Sequence record: NC_074635.1
Length of the DNA: 34,025 bases
Direction: 5' to 3' (one strand)
The notes beneath the pieces are model-generated. The model was not told where the DNA came from and ran no database searches. It worked only from the letters and a program-made list of their open reading frames with translations. The translations under genes and the position numbers were made by a program. Shown piece after piece: positions 25,942 to 34,025 of the stretch (position 1 is the stretch's first letter; every line of letters starts with the position of its first letter).

Positions 25942-26925
25942 ATGAGTGTAACGTATGCTTCAATTTCTAGCCTTTTAGCGAAACCATTTCAACGTCTGAC
26001 TTCAGGAATGTGGAATACCGCAGTACTTCTATTGGATCAACTTTACCTAACTGGAGGCAATGTAGTAACTTCAATTTTACAAAATGGAAATTTATATATT
26101 CCAAATTCAATATTTGCACAAACTGGTAATTTTAGTGATGAAGTTTATGTAAGCGGTCAGCCCGTAATAACTGAGGCTGATCCAATCTATATCGCTGGAT
26201 TTATTTCAACCGCACAACAACAAATTGCACAAGTTTTACAATCAAATGAGCAACTTTATGATATTTTAACACAAATACCTTACGATATTTATACCGCAGT
26301 TATTTCTAGCGTGCCGTCTGCTACAAAATCAGTTTCACAATCAATTTCATCTTTAAATTCATTAATTTATGATATTGCAAACTACTTAATTAGTGTGGAA
26401 AATACAAACATTATCAGATTAGATAAATTAGTATATGATATAGCTTTATATTTTATAAATAATTTTAATGTACAATCTATTAACTTACAATATATTGTTA
26501 ATCAGGTATATTATAATATAGCTAAAATAGTTAATCAATCAACTCAAGGTTTATATCATGGAATTGTATCAATTTCAGATTTACTACTTTATGCCTTAAC
26601 ATATATCTATTTAGCTCAAGTAAGTTTAGCGAACACTTTGAATAAGTTGACGTTATATTTATCACCACCAACTATAGAAGGTTTACAATTAAATGTCTCG
26701 ACAACTCCACAACCATTATATAACGGCCCCGCATTAAAAATTTTAAAAATGATATTACAAAATCTATCAAATTATGTCGTTTATATTGGAAATAATTTAT
26801 ATAATAACTTTCCAATTTTGCCCAATAGTGAGATAGAAATAGCAGTAAATAATCCAGCTAATGTATATGCGTGGGCAACTGGAAAATGCACAATTTACGC
26901 CTTGTTTGAAGTGATTGAATCATAA
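25942..26925 (+). CDS. Conserved rudivirus structural-type protein (SIRV2 ORF309-like)
   Basis: MSVTYASISSLLAKPFQRLTSGMWN...; C-terminal ILQNLSNYVVYIG domain is paralogous to the central domain of the 582-aa protein. Confidence 0.75.
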   Translation: MSVTYASISSLLAKPFQRLTSGMWNTAVLLLDQLYLTGGNVVTSILQNGNLYIPNSIFAQTGNFSDEVYVSGQPVITEADPIYIAGFISTAQQQIAQVLQSNEQLYDILTQIPYDIYTAVISSVPSATKSVSQSISSLNSLIYDIANYLISVENTNIIRLDKLVYDIALYFINNFNVQSINLQYIVNQVYYNIAKIVNQSTQGLYHGIVSISDLLLYALTYIYLAQVSLANTLNKLTLYLSPPTIEGLQLNVSTTPQPLYNGPALKILKMILQNLSNYVVYIGNNLYNNFPILPNSEIEIAVNNPANVYAWATGKCTIYALFEVIES

Positions 26926-26965
26926 ATATAAAATTGTAAGATTTCAACAACAAATATGATGAAAA

Positions 26966-27208
26966 ATGAACAAAGAAAAAGCTCTAATCTTGTCTCAAAA
27001 ATACGGTTTTGAAATTAATCAATTATTAAATGGAGAATATTGTGTAATAGAAGAATTTGATGAAATACAAATTGAAAATAATAAAATACAATTTATCAAA
27101 TATATGTTTTCAACAAACAACATAGTTTACGAGTTTGATTTATCAGAATTTGAAAAAATTGAAATTTTTCAAGGCTTACATGAGACAATTATTGTAAAAA
27201 TAACGTGA
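26966..27208 (+). CDS. Hypothetical acidic protein (80 aa)
   Basis: Clean ORF at the head of the methyltransferase/glycosyltransferase run. Confidence 0.65.
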   Translation: MNKEKALILSQKYGFEINQLLNGEYCVIEEFDEIQIENNKIQFIKYMFSTNNIVYEFDLSEFEKIEIFQGLHETIIVKIT

Positions 27209-27222
27209 GGTGAAATTAAAAT

Positions 27223-27771
27223 ATGAAGATAAAAATGCCTTCTTGGACTATGTTTGCAGATCGCGAAAGTTCAGGAAAAATTAAGATGACAATTCCATAT
27301 GACATAGTAAAAGAAGACGGAACTATGAAAGTACCATTGATCTGGGATCATAATGATCTAGAAACTATCAAAGATCTAGAAAAACTGACGGAAATTGTCA
27401 AAGACAAAAACGTCTTAGAAATCGGTAGTGGCAACGGTTATTTAGCATATTACCTATCTCACTTTTCTAAAAAATATGACGCATATGAAACATTTCCACC
27501 ATATATCGTAATCTATACAATTTATATTCAACCATATGTAGTTAAAGAAAAATTAAATTTAAACTATATTGTTAAATATGTCACAGATGATGACTTAAAA
27601 TATTTTGAAAATTATGATATTGGAATTTATAGCGGTTTATCAGATAGCGAACATATATTGAAAATGTTAAAACAAAAATGCAAACAAGTTATACATATTT
27701 ATCCTAAAGAAATCAAGATAAAAGAAGATGATGTAGAAATGGAATTGAGGTGGAAAATAGTCAAATCTTAA
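27223..27771 (+). CDS. Class I SAM-dependent methyltransferase
   Basis: VLEIGSGNGYLA (motif I) followed by YDAYE (motif II); GAGGTGA SD. Confidence 0.85.
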   Translation: MKIKMPSWTMFADRESSGKIKMTIPYDIVKEDGTMKVPLIWDHNDLETIKDLEKLTEIVKDKNVLEIGSGNGYLAYYLSHFSKKYDAYETFPPYIVIYTIYIQPYVVKEKLNLNYIVKYVTDDDLKYFENYDIGIYSGLSDSEHILKMLKQKCKQVIHIYPKEIKIKEDDVEMELRWKIVKS

Positions 27772-27796
27772 AATTGTAAGACATGAATTTTTTCAT

Positions 27797-28273
27797 ATGG
27801 ATTATAATAAGTATTTTACAAACTTGGAATGTGCTTATTGGCATGAATTTGATCAGGCTTATGGAAAATTAGACGTCAAAAACAAGACAATTACAATAAT
27901 CGGTCACGATTGTGGCTCAACTGATGTTTATTTCTTTTTGCGTGGAGCTTTGAAAATTATTGGTTTTGAAAAAGAAGATAAACTTAACAAGCTATTTAAA
28001 GAAAAAGTTTGTAAAGATTTCAATATTTGTGATAAAGTTGAAATTAATGGAGAGTGGAAAGGTGATATATATCCAGACACTGACATTTTTATAATTGACT
28101 GTGAAGGATGTGAAAAGAATCTAAAAATTGAACAATTACAAAAATATAAACAATATTGTATAGCTATCCACGACTGGACTAAAAACCGTACTGAATTGTT
28201 GAGGAAACTAAGCGGTCTAATTTTTACATTTGTAACAGATGACGGTAAAGAAATTATACTTTGTAAATTGTAG
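27797..28273 (+). CDS. FkbM-like methyltransferase (degenerate SAM motif)
   Basis: TIIGHDCGSTDVYFFLRGALKIIGFEK and IIDCEGCE resemble the FkbM pattern DxGAxxGxxxxxF...A.kV.afEP and K.DcEGcE. Confidence 0.65.
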   Translation: MDYNKYFTNLECAYWHEFDQAYGKLDVKNKTITIIGHDCGSTDVYFFLRGALKIIGFEKEDKLNKLFKEKVCKDFNICDKVEINGEWKGDIYPDTDIFIIDCEGCEKNLKIEQLQKYKQYCIAIHDWTKNRTELLRKLSGLIFTFVTDDGKEIILCKL

Positions 28274-28283
28274 AGGTGACAAA

Positions 28284-28880
28284 ATGAAAATTATAACATT
28301 TGTCGGTTATACTCAACATCTCAACGAATTAGATTTTGATTATCTAGTTGTAGATAAATATTTTAATACTTTAACAGATGAACAATATCGTGATTATAAA
28401 GATAGAATAATATTTCATGATACAAATGAACCAAATTTAAGACTAAGAATAAATAAACAACTTAGGAAAATTATTGAAATTTTGGAAAAAGAAAAAGATG
28501 ATCAATTTGCAATTGTTGATAGTGATCTAATTATACCGAATTTAAGAAAAATAAGCGCTCAAAATTCTATCCTTTCACCATGTTATTACGCTCTTCATAA
28601 AGGTAAAAATTACATTGAACCGTGGTGTTTCGGCACAAATTTCATTTTTGATAGTAAATATCTAAATTTATTTAAAATCGTAATTTATTCATACAACGAC
28701 CCGAATGAATCACCTGACGGCTATATACATTTTCATCTACTAGTCAATCACATAATAATACCAAAAACAAAGCATTATATTAAAACTGAAAATGGAGAAA
28801 TTGAAAAAATAATAACTGAATTTGATTGGCTTGAAACTATAAAACATAATTTTGTACCAGTTCAGGTGATAAATATATGA
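28284..28880 (+). CDS. GT-A fold glycosyltransferase (SIRV ORF176-like)
   Basis: FAIVDSDLII (DxD). ATG at 28284 after GAGGTGA SD is preferred over 28239. Confidence 0.75.
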   Translation: MKIITFVGYTQHLNELDFDYLVVDKYFNTLTDEQYRDYKDRIIFHDTNEPNLRLRINKQLRKIIEILEKEKDDQFAIVDSDLIIPNLRKISAQNSILSPCYYALHKGKNYIEPWCFGTNFIFDSKYLNLFKIVIYSYNDPNESPDGYIHFHLLVNHIIIPKTKHYIKTENGEIEKIITEFDWLETIKHNFVPVQVINI

Positions 28881-29950
28881 AAAAGAAAAAGACAATTTTT
28901 TATGTTTACCCTCAACACCATGACGTCAGTTTCAAATATGTAGCTCAACAACATATTGCAATGTTGAGAGAAAAATATATTGTATATGAAATACCAGCTT
29001 TAAGTTTTTATCAATTTACACCTTTTAATTACCCAATATCAATTATTCATCCCTTTTTCTATTCTATGTGGAGATGGGGAAAAATAGAGTTCTCATTTTA
29101 CGATATGTATAGAAGTCGTGTGTCAAAAATTCTAGGCGTTGAAGTGGCAGACACAGATAAAATAGCTGAGCAATTTGTAAATTATGCTAACAATTTATCC
29201 GATGGTTTGATTGTAAATTCAAATTGGAGCCATGACGTTTTTATTAATTCAGGCACAAAGGTACCAGTTTACGTTGTACCTCACAACTTCAACGGAAAAT
29301 TGTTACTCCCAGATGATAAATTGAAAGTTAATGAAAAAGTCTTACAAATTGAAAAATTGAAAAATGAGAAAAAATTCAAACTTGTGATGATTAGTTTGTG
29401 GCATTCAGATTATAGAAAAGGTGCGGATATTTTCCACGAAATTGCAAGAAGGGTACAAAAAGAACGTCAAGATGTTTATTTTCTAGTCAAAAGTGGAGGA
29501 ATAAGACAAGATTTTAATGATTTAAAAATGTTTAATATTGCGGGAGTTGTTTCATTTGACAATATGGTAAAAATGTATAGAATATCAGATTTATATCTTC
29601 TAACTAGTAGAGGTGGATCATTTGAACTTAACGGTCTAGAAGCTTTTGTCTCAGGTATACCAGTTATTGCTACAAAGGACGGCGCATGGGTTGAATATTT
29701 CCCATCAGATTTGCAAGATTTACTAGTTGATATAGCTAAAAAACCTAGAATATTTTTAGACAATCCGATACATATTGGAAATGGCGTAGAGATGAATATA
29801 GAAAAAGCAGTGGATAAAGTCTTAGAAGTACTTGATAATATAGAAGATTTGAAAGAAAAAGTAAAGAAAAATAAAAAGTTTTGGATAGAAAATTATAGCT
29901 TTGAAGCTATAAAACAAAAACTACTAGATACAATGCAAAAAATAGAATAA
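28877..29950 (+). CDS. GT-B glycosyltransferase (SIRV ORF356-like)
   Basis: RKGADI, SRGGSFELNGLEAFVSGIPVI (E-x7-E-like region). Confidence 0.9.
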   Translation: MKKKKTIFYVYPQHHDVSFKYVAQQHIAMLREKYIVYEIPALSFYQFTPFNYPISIIHPFFYSMWRWGKIEFSFYDMYRSRVSKILGVEVADTDKIAEQFVNYANNLSDGLIVNSNWSHDVFINSGTKVPVYVVPHNFNGKLLLPDDKLKVNEKVLQIEKLKNEKKFKLVMISLWHSDYRKGADIFHEIARRVQKERQDVYFLVKSGGIRQDFNDLKMFNIAGVVSFDNMVKMYRISDLYLLTSRGGSFELNGLEAFVSGIPVIATKDGAWVEYFPSDLQDLLVDIAKKPRIFLDNPIHIGNGVEMNIEKAVDKVLEVLDNIEDLKEKVKKNKKFWIENYSFEAIKQKLLDTMQKIE

Positions 29951-29956
29951 CTTATT

Positions 29957-30313
29957 TCAATTTTTCATAACTACATCAATTAACAATATATTTTTATTTG
30001 TAAAATCTATATCAATTTCTTTTATAAATGTATATTTTTCATCTTTTTTCTTAAAGAACATAAACATATGATAAGTCTTGTCAAACATATCAGTATGATA
30101 ATCGCTTTTCATTGAGAGAAGATATTTAAAAACTTTATTAATATTGTCTACATGTATTATCTTATATACTCTTTCAAATTGATCCCTGATTTCTTCATTA
30201 TAACCGTCTTGCAATAATATTTTATCATCTATATTTTCACTATTTTCATTTTTTAAAAAAGGCATATTAAAAAATTGTTGAATCTCATATTTTACTTCTT
30301 CTAGTTTACTCAT
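29957..30313 (-). CDS. Hypothetical protein (118 aa)
   Basis: Clean ORF with AAAAGTTTAAATG promoter; no family recognised. Confidence 0.7.
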   Translation of the reverse strand: MSKLEEVKYEIQQFFNMPFLKNENSENIDDKILLQDGYNEEIRDQFERVYKIIHVDNINKVFKYLLSMKSDYHTDMFDKTYHMFMFFKKKDEKYTFIKEIDIDFTNKNILLIDVVMKN

Positions 30314-30492
30314 AGTTCATCAACAAAATAAATAGATAGAATACACATTTAAACTTTTAATTTACAATCATGATTAACTATAAAGTGAAAAAAATGACAT
30401 ATTATAAATTACCTTGGGAAGAAATAGATTGCAAAGCTATAGAACTAAAAAATAAGATGTTAAATAAAAAACAATATATAAATAGAAAACTA

Positions 30493-30711
30493 TTAAGCTG
30501 AGTTACGCTTAGTTAGTAATATAAATTTATCATAAGCACGCTGATAGTCAAATCCGTGAAAATAAAAAATTTTACGATTATCAGATGATAGCTTATAAAC
30601 TGCATAACGCTTACATTCAGGATCTTTTGCCAAAAAAACATTATTAGATTGCTTAATTACTTCTGAAAAATTGTAATATAAAACATTTAGAACGATTAGT
30701 TTTTTACTCAT
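30493..30711 (-). CDS. Hypothetical protein (72 aa), candidate anti-defence gene
   Basis: Early-type promoter at 30741-30765 and AGGTGA SD. Confidence 0.75.
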   Translation of the reverse strand: MSKKLIVLNVLYYNFSEVIKQSNNVFLAKDPECKRYAVYKLSSDNRKIFYFHGFDYQRAYDKFILLTKRNSA

Positions 30712-30740
30712 CTTCTATTTCACCTAATATACTATATATA

Positions 30741-30765
30741 AAACAAGTATATAAAGCTTTCTTTC
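30741..30765 (-). promoter_or_regulatory. Conserved early-type promoter, copy 2
   Basis: GAAAGAAAGCTTTATATACTTGTTT. Confidence 0.8.
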
Positions 30766-30805
30766 TAAGCTTTCAAGAAAGAAAAAATGAAAGAATATAA
30801 TCACT

Positions 30806-30841
30806 TTCAATTTATCTATTCAAAATGAGAAAAATTATCGA
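30806..30841 (-). repeat. 36-nt intergenic repeat (partner at 1734-1769)
   Basis: 34/36 identical to the left copy. Confidence 0.85.
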
Positions 30842-30859
30842 CAAAAAAATAGAAAAAAA

Positions 30860-31168
30860 TTACTGAAGATTGAGACAAAGATACTTTTTCATTCTTTTCG
30901 TGACGGGATTTTGCATTTGTTTGACCGTCAGGACGCCAGCCTTTATCATTTTCTGTAACAATCTCAATGCCCAATACTGGTAGGCATTTGATGTGTATCT
31001 GTAAATATAAATGCGCCCATCTGAGTCATAAAACGGCACACATACTGAATTGTTGTCAATTATCTTGTTTTCATCATATAGTATTCTTTTGATTGCGTCA
31101 ACTCTTTTTGAAGTAGCTTTAAGATTGTATTTATGTAGTAACTGAACAATTTGTTCTTCATTAAGCAT
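30860..31168 (-). CDS. Winged-helix-like protein (Fur-like N-terminus)
   Basis: LLHKYNLKATSKRVDAIKRIL resembles Fur helices 1-2; LRLLQKMIKAGVL resembles the recognition helix plus wing. Confidence 0.6.
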   Translation of the reverse strand: MLNEEQIVQLLHKYNLKATSKRVDAIKRILYDENKIIDNNSVCVPFYDSDGRIYIYRYTSNAYQYWALRLLQKMIKAGVLTVKQMQNPVTKRMKKYLCLNLQ

Positions 31169-31660
31169 TTATTCTTCACCTCTATTTAATAATAGATCTT
31201 CTACATATTCAATCAATGGTAAATGTTCTTTGTTAGAAATTAGCAATTGTCTAATATTCTCAGGAAGATTGTAAATTTCATTCGCTGGACTTTTCATATC
31301 ATATAGTTTCCATTTTTGTAATTCTTTCACTAAACCCTCACTAGTTACTTCTATCACTCTTACGTAAATATACACATTACCGAGATTACTTCTTTCAGCT
31401 TGATATTGTAAATATTTTGCTGGAAAGACAAAGTAGTTAATAGTACCATGACGACCTGATTTGCTAGTGTGTAGATGCGCCTTAACTGGTTGTTTTGTCC
31501 TAAATGATATTAGCACAGTGTCGCTTACTGCTCTCATTGATGTCCTTCGAAACTCAAACTCTAACTTTATCGGTTTAAGGTTTTGTCCCTTTGAGGTGGG
31601 AGTTTGTAAAAAATCTCCCATCTCAGTGGGACTTAAATTTTGTTTTTCTTCTTGTCCCAT
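31169..31660 (-). CDS. Putative AcrIIIB1-family (SIRV2 gp48-like) anti-CRISPR
   Basis: ISFRTKQ...SKSGRHG.INYFVFPAKY and NLPENIRQLL recall the S-x-R-[ST]-K...SK-x-G-x-HG...Y...P-x-x-Y pattern I remember for AcrIIIB1. Early-type promoter and a position near the right end fit. Confidence 0.55.
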   Translation of the reverse strand: MGQEEKQNLSPTEMGDFLQTPTSKGQNLKPIKLEFEFRRTSMRAVSDTVLISFRTKQPVKAHLHTSKSGRHGTINYFVFPAKYLQYQAERSNLGNVYIYVRVIEVTSEGLVKELQKWKLYDMKSPANEIYNLPENIRQLLISNKEHLPLIEYVEDLLLNRGEE

Positions 31661-31688
31661 ACCTTTCACCTCTAATTTACTATATGTA

Positions 31689-31713
31689 AAACAAGTATAT
31701 AAATCTTTCTATC
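31689..31713 (-). promoter_or_regulatory. Conserved early-type promoter, copy 3
   Basis: GATAGAAAGATTTATATACTTGTTT (24/25 identical to the ITR copy). Confidence 0.82.
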
Positions 31714-31751
31714 ATAAACTTTTAATAATGTAAGATTGCAAATTTAAAAGT

Positions 31752-32054
31752 ATGGAAAATGAAACACTAAAAATGATTGTAAAAATTCTAGAAAAACATC
31801 AAAACATCTTCTATCATCTAGTATTCGCTAACGAAAAAGAAATAGAGATATTTTTAGAACCACTTTTAGAACAAAAACAATTAATAAAATTGCTAAATGA
31901 CATAAAAAGTATAATTGATATTGATAATATAAGAATTTATAACTTTTTAGATTTAAGAGAAATACAATTTATGAAAGAATATAAAATAGTTTTAAGCATA
32001 ATGGTAATAGAAAAAGAAAATAAAAAGTATAATACAAAAATAATTATATATTAA
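31752..32054 (+). CDS. Hypothetical protein (100 aa)
   Basis: TTTAATAAT-GTAAGA promoter 22 nt upstream; divergent from the Acr-like gene. Confidence 0.7.
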   Translation: MENETLKMIVKILEKHQNIFYHLVFANEKEIEIFLEPLLEQKQLIKLLNDIKSIIDIDNIRIYNFLDLREIQFMKEYKIVLSIMVIEKENKKYNTKIIIY

Positions 32055-32064
32055 AAAAAATAAC

Positions 32065-32238
32065 TTACCAACATTCAGAAATATATTTTCTAACTTTTTT
32101 CTCACTAACGCCTAAAATCGAAGCAATTTGTTTAACTGAATAGCCTTTACGTGCTAATTCATGAGTTAATGAAATTTCATCATCTTCGCTTTCTATGTAA
32201 TATCTTGTTTGACCAATTTGAACTATTTTTTGACTCAT
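32065..32238 (-). CDS. Small HTH protein (SIRV1 ORF55-like)
   Basis: RYYIESEDD...HELARKGYSVKQIASILGVSEKKVRKYI: clear HTH, closely resembling the SIRV ORF55 family as I recall it. Early-type promoter. Confidence 0.88.
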   Translation of the reverse strand: MSQKIVQIGQTRYYIESEDDEISLTHELARKGYSVKQIASILGVSEKKVRKYISECW

Positions 32239-32264
32239 CTTTTTCACCTAATTATAATGTTGTC

Positions 32265-32289
32265 AAACTAATATTTAAAGCTTTCTATC
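32265..32289 (-). promoter_or_regulatory. Conserved early-type promoter, copy 4
   Basis: GATAGAAAGCTTTAAATATTAGTTT. Confidence 0.8.
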
Positions 32290-32412
32290 TTTATTTACTT
32301 TGAATCTCCTCTTCTCTCTCTAGAGAAAAAGTTAGGCATAAAAAAATGAATAAATGAAAACTACAAGAAATAAAAACTAGAAAATTTAAACCGAGAAAAC
32401 AAAAAAAGAAAT

Positions 32413-32718
32413 TTAATATCTTGAGAAATAAATATAATCTGAATCTTCAGTATAAAGTCTCTTTGAAAATCTATAATAATTTTCTACTAAAATATCTTGA
32501 ATTCTATCAAAATTAATTTTGTTTGCATAGAAACTTAAAGAGATATTTGCTACATTTACAACAATACTAATTGACCAAACATTTATTTGCACTTCTGAAG
32601 GTTTCTTAGACTTCAATAATTTTTCTAACTTTTTGAAATTTTTTTCGTCTTGTTCTTTCTGCCAAGAAAAATAAGGTGTGTAATCAAAAACTATTGGGCT
32701 TTCAACTTTCTCTTTCAT
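32413..32718 (-). CDS. Hypothetical protein (~101 aa), candidate early anti-defence gene
   Basis: Starts inside the right ITR (MKEKV) and continues in unique sequence. Confidence 0.75.
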   Translation of the reverse strand: MKEKVESPIVFDYTPYFSWQKEQDEKNFKKLEKLLKSKKPSEVQINVWSISIVVNVANISLSFYANKINFDRIQDILVENYYRFSKRLYTEDSDYIYFSRY

Positions 32719-32746
32719 CTTTTTCATCCCTATATTATATCTTGCC

Positions 32747-32771
32747 AAACTAGTATATAAATCTTTCTATC
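32747..32771 (-). promoter_or_regulatory. Conserved early-type promoter, copy 5 (ITR mirror of copy 1)
   Basis: GATAGAAAGATTTATATACTAGTTT. Confidence 0.8.
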
Positions 32772-33200
32772 TTGCTTAACTTTCTTTCTTCTTCTCTTTC
32801 TCTCCATTTTCTTTCATCTCACCTAAACGATTTGAATTCGAGAAGTAAGAACGCCTGAAAAAATATAAAATATGCATGCCTATGCATATCCCCCAAACTA
32901 AAATATACTAATATACTAATATTATAGTATAACATAACTTGTACGCAATATACGCATAATATACGTGCAATATGCTTAAACTAAAATATAACTATATACA
33001 TAAATATGTAATATAACTATATACTATATTATAATATAGCTATATACGCAATATAATTATATATTAACATATATCATTTATTTATTTAAAATCTTTTCAA
33101 CATTATCAACATAAAATTTCTTCAACCGAGCGATTTTTTCAACCTCAGTAAAGAACGGTTTAAGGTTTAAAAACAAAAAAATAAAAAAACAAAAAATGCG

Positions 33201-33320
33201 TTATTTTACGTTTACGGAAAATAACGCAAATTGAAAATATTTTAATTTGATAATTTGAAAATTTTTTAATATTTTTTTATAATAGATAATAAATGGCGAA
33301 GCATAATCTTGGCTACTCAT
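33201..33320 (-). CDS. Possible 39-aa ITR-encoded peptide, right copy
   Basis: Mirror of 706..825. Confidence 0.3.
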   Translation of the reverse strand: MSSQDYASPFIIYYKKILKNFQIIKLKYFQFALFSVNVK

Positions 33321-33911
33321 AATAACTTTTGGCTTCGCACTATTTAAACTTTTCTTTCTAAAACCTCAATTTCTTACATTTCAACCGTAAAAACTGTAAA
33401 ATGAATTTAATAAATCTTTCAATCTTACAATATCATAAAGACTGAAAGTAAAAAAATACTAAATCGTTTAGACTGAAAGTATTAAAATTGTGCAATATGC
33501 ATAACTATATATAAACTAGAAATATGTTTAGTAAATTTTAATATTTCGCACGAGATTTTACTACAATTTTTTTCACCCAAGTCGAAAAAAACTAAATATA
33601 AATAATTATATATTTTCAAGTTGGGTAGATAAAAATCTAAAAATGTTAAATTTTTACAAACTTACAAACTTACAAATATTTCTACATTTCCAATTAAAAA
33701 TTGAAAAGATTTATCATTTCCAATTTTACAATTTTACAATTTTAATAAATTGCACAGAATGTACATTTTATTGTAATTTAGGAAATTACAAATTTAGAAT
33801 ATTTTTACTAAATTGTGCAAATTACGCAAAATGACAGATTAATTGTAAATTAGGAAGTTTGAATATTTCTCATTTTTCATGCAATTTACCTGAAAAATGC
33901 AAAAAATTGTA

Positions 33912-34023
33912 ATTTAGGAACTTAGGAAATTAGGAACTTAGGAATTTTGGAATTTAGGAAGTTAGGAAATTAGGAAATTTGGAATTTTGGAAATTCCTAA
34001 TTTAGGAATTTAGGAATTTAGGA
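33912..34023 (-). repeat. Terminal octamer array, right end
   Basis: Mirror of 3..114. Confidence 0.85.
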
Positions 34024-34025
34024 GC

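Larger units (their letters stand above)
32704..34025 (-). repeat. Right inverted terminal repeat (1,322 bp)
   Basis: Reverse complement of 1-1322, ending ...AATTTAGGAATTTAGGAATTTAGGAGC. Confidence 0.97.

Noticed and set aside
30370-30501. 35-43-aa plus-strand ORF (MTYYKLPWEEID...)
   Set aside because: Short, with only a weak GTGA SD, overlapping the 3' end of 30493-30711. It cannot be distinguished from chance without expression data.

Overview
The window appears to be an essentially complete, very AT-rich linear dsDNA genome of a rod-shaped virus of Sulfolobales (family Rudiviridae, SIRV-like). Positions 1-1322 and 32704-34025 form a 1,322-bp inverted terminal repeat (ITR) that ends in TCCTAAAT / ATTTAGGA octamer arrays, resembling the AATTTAGGAATTTAGGAATTT motif of rudivirus hairpin ends. 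Recognisable rudivirus core genes: 134-aa major capsid protein, HUH Rep, the gp17/gp18/gp19-like operon (DNA-binding protein, ATPase, Cas4-like nuclease), dUTPase/dCTP-deaminase, Holliday junction resolvase, GNAT acetyltransferase, three glycosyltransferases, methyltransferases, a 1064-aa terminal-fibre protein and other minor virion proteins. Accessory genes include an APC permease, a TGT-like protein and a PAPS-reductase/DndC-like protein. I found several small genes missed by the ORF track, including two RHH proteins and a Cys-rich peptide. The main leads are: (1) a GC-rich nested hairpin at 12507-12572 that starts at the spacing expected from its own viral-type promoter, suggesting an unannotated small RNA; (2) five copies of a 25-nt early-type promoter that mark candidate anti-defence genes near the ends, including an AcrIIIB1-like ORF and an HTH regulator; (3) a genome-wide TATA+GTAAGA promoter class; (4) a possible DNA-modification pair (TGT/DpdA-like plus DndC-like). 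Family assignments rest on motifs and my recollection of rudivirus proteins; no database search was run. BLASTN against Rudiviridae would show whether this is an already deposited isolate.
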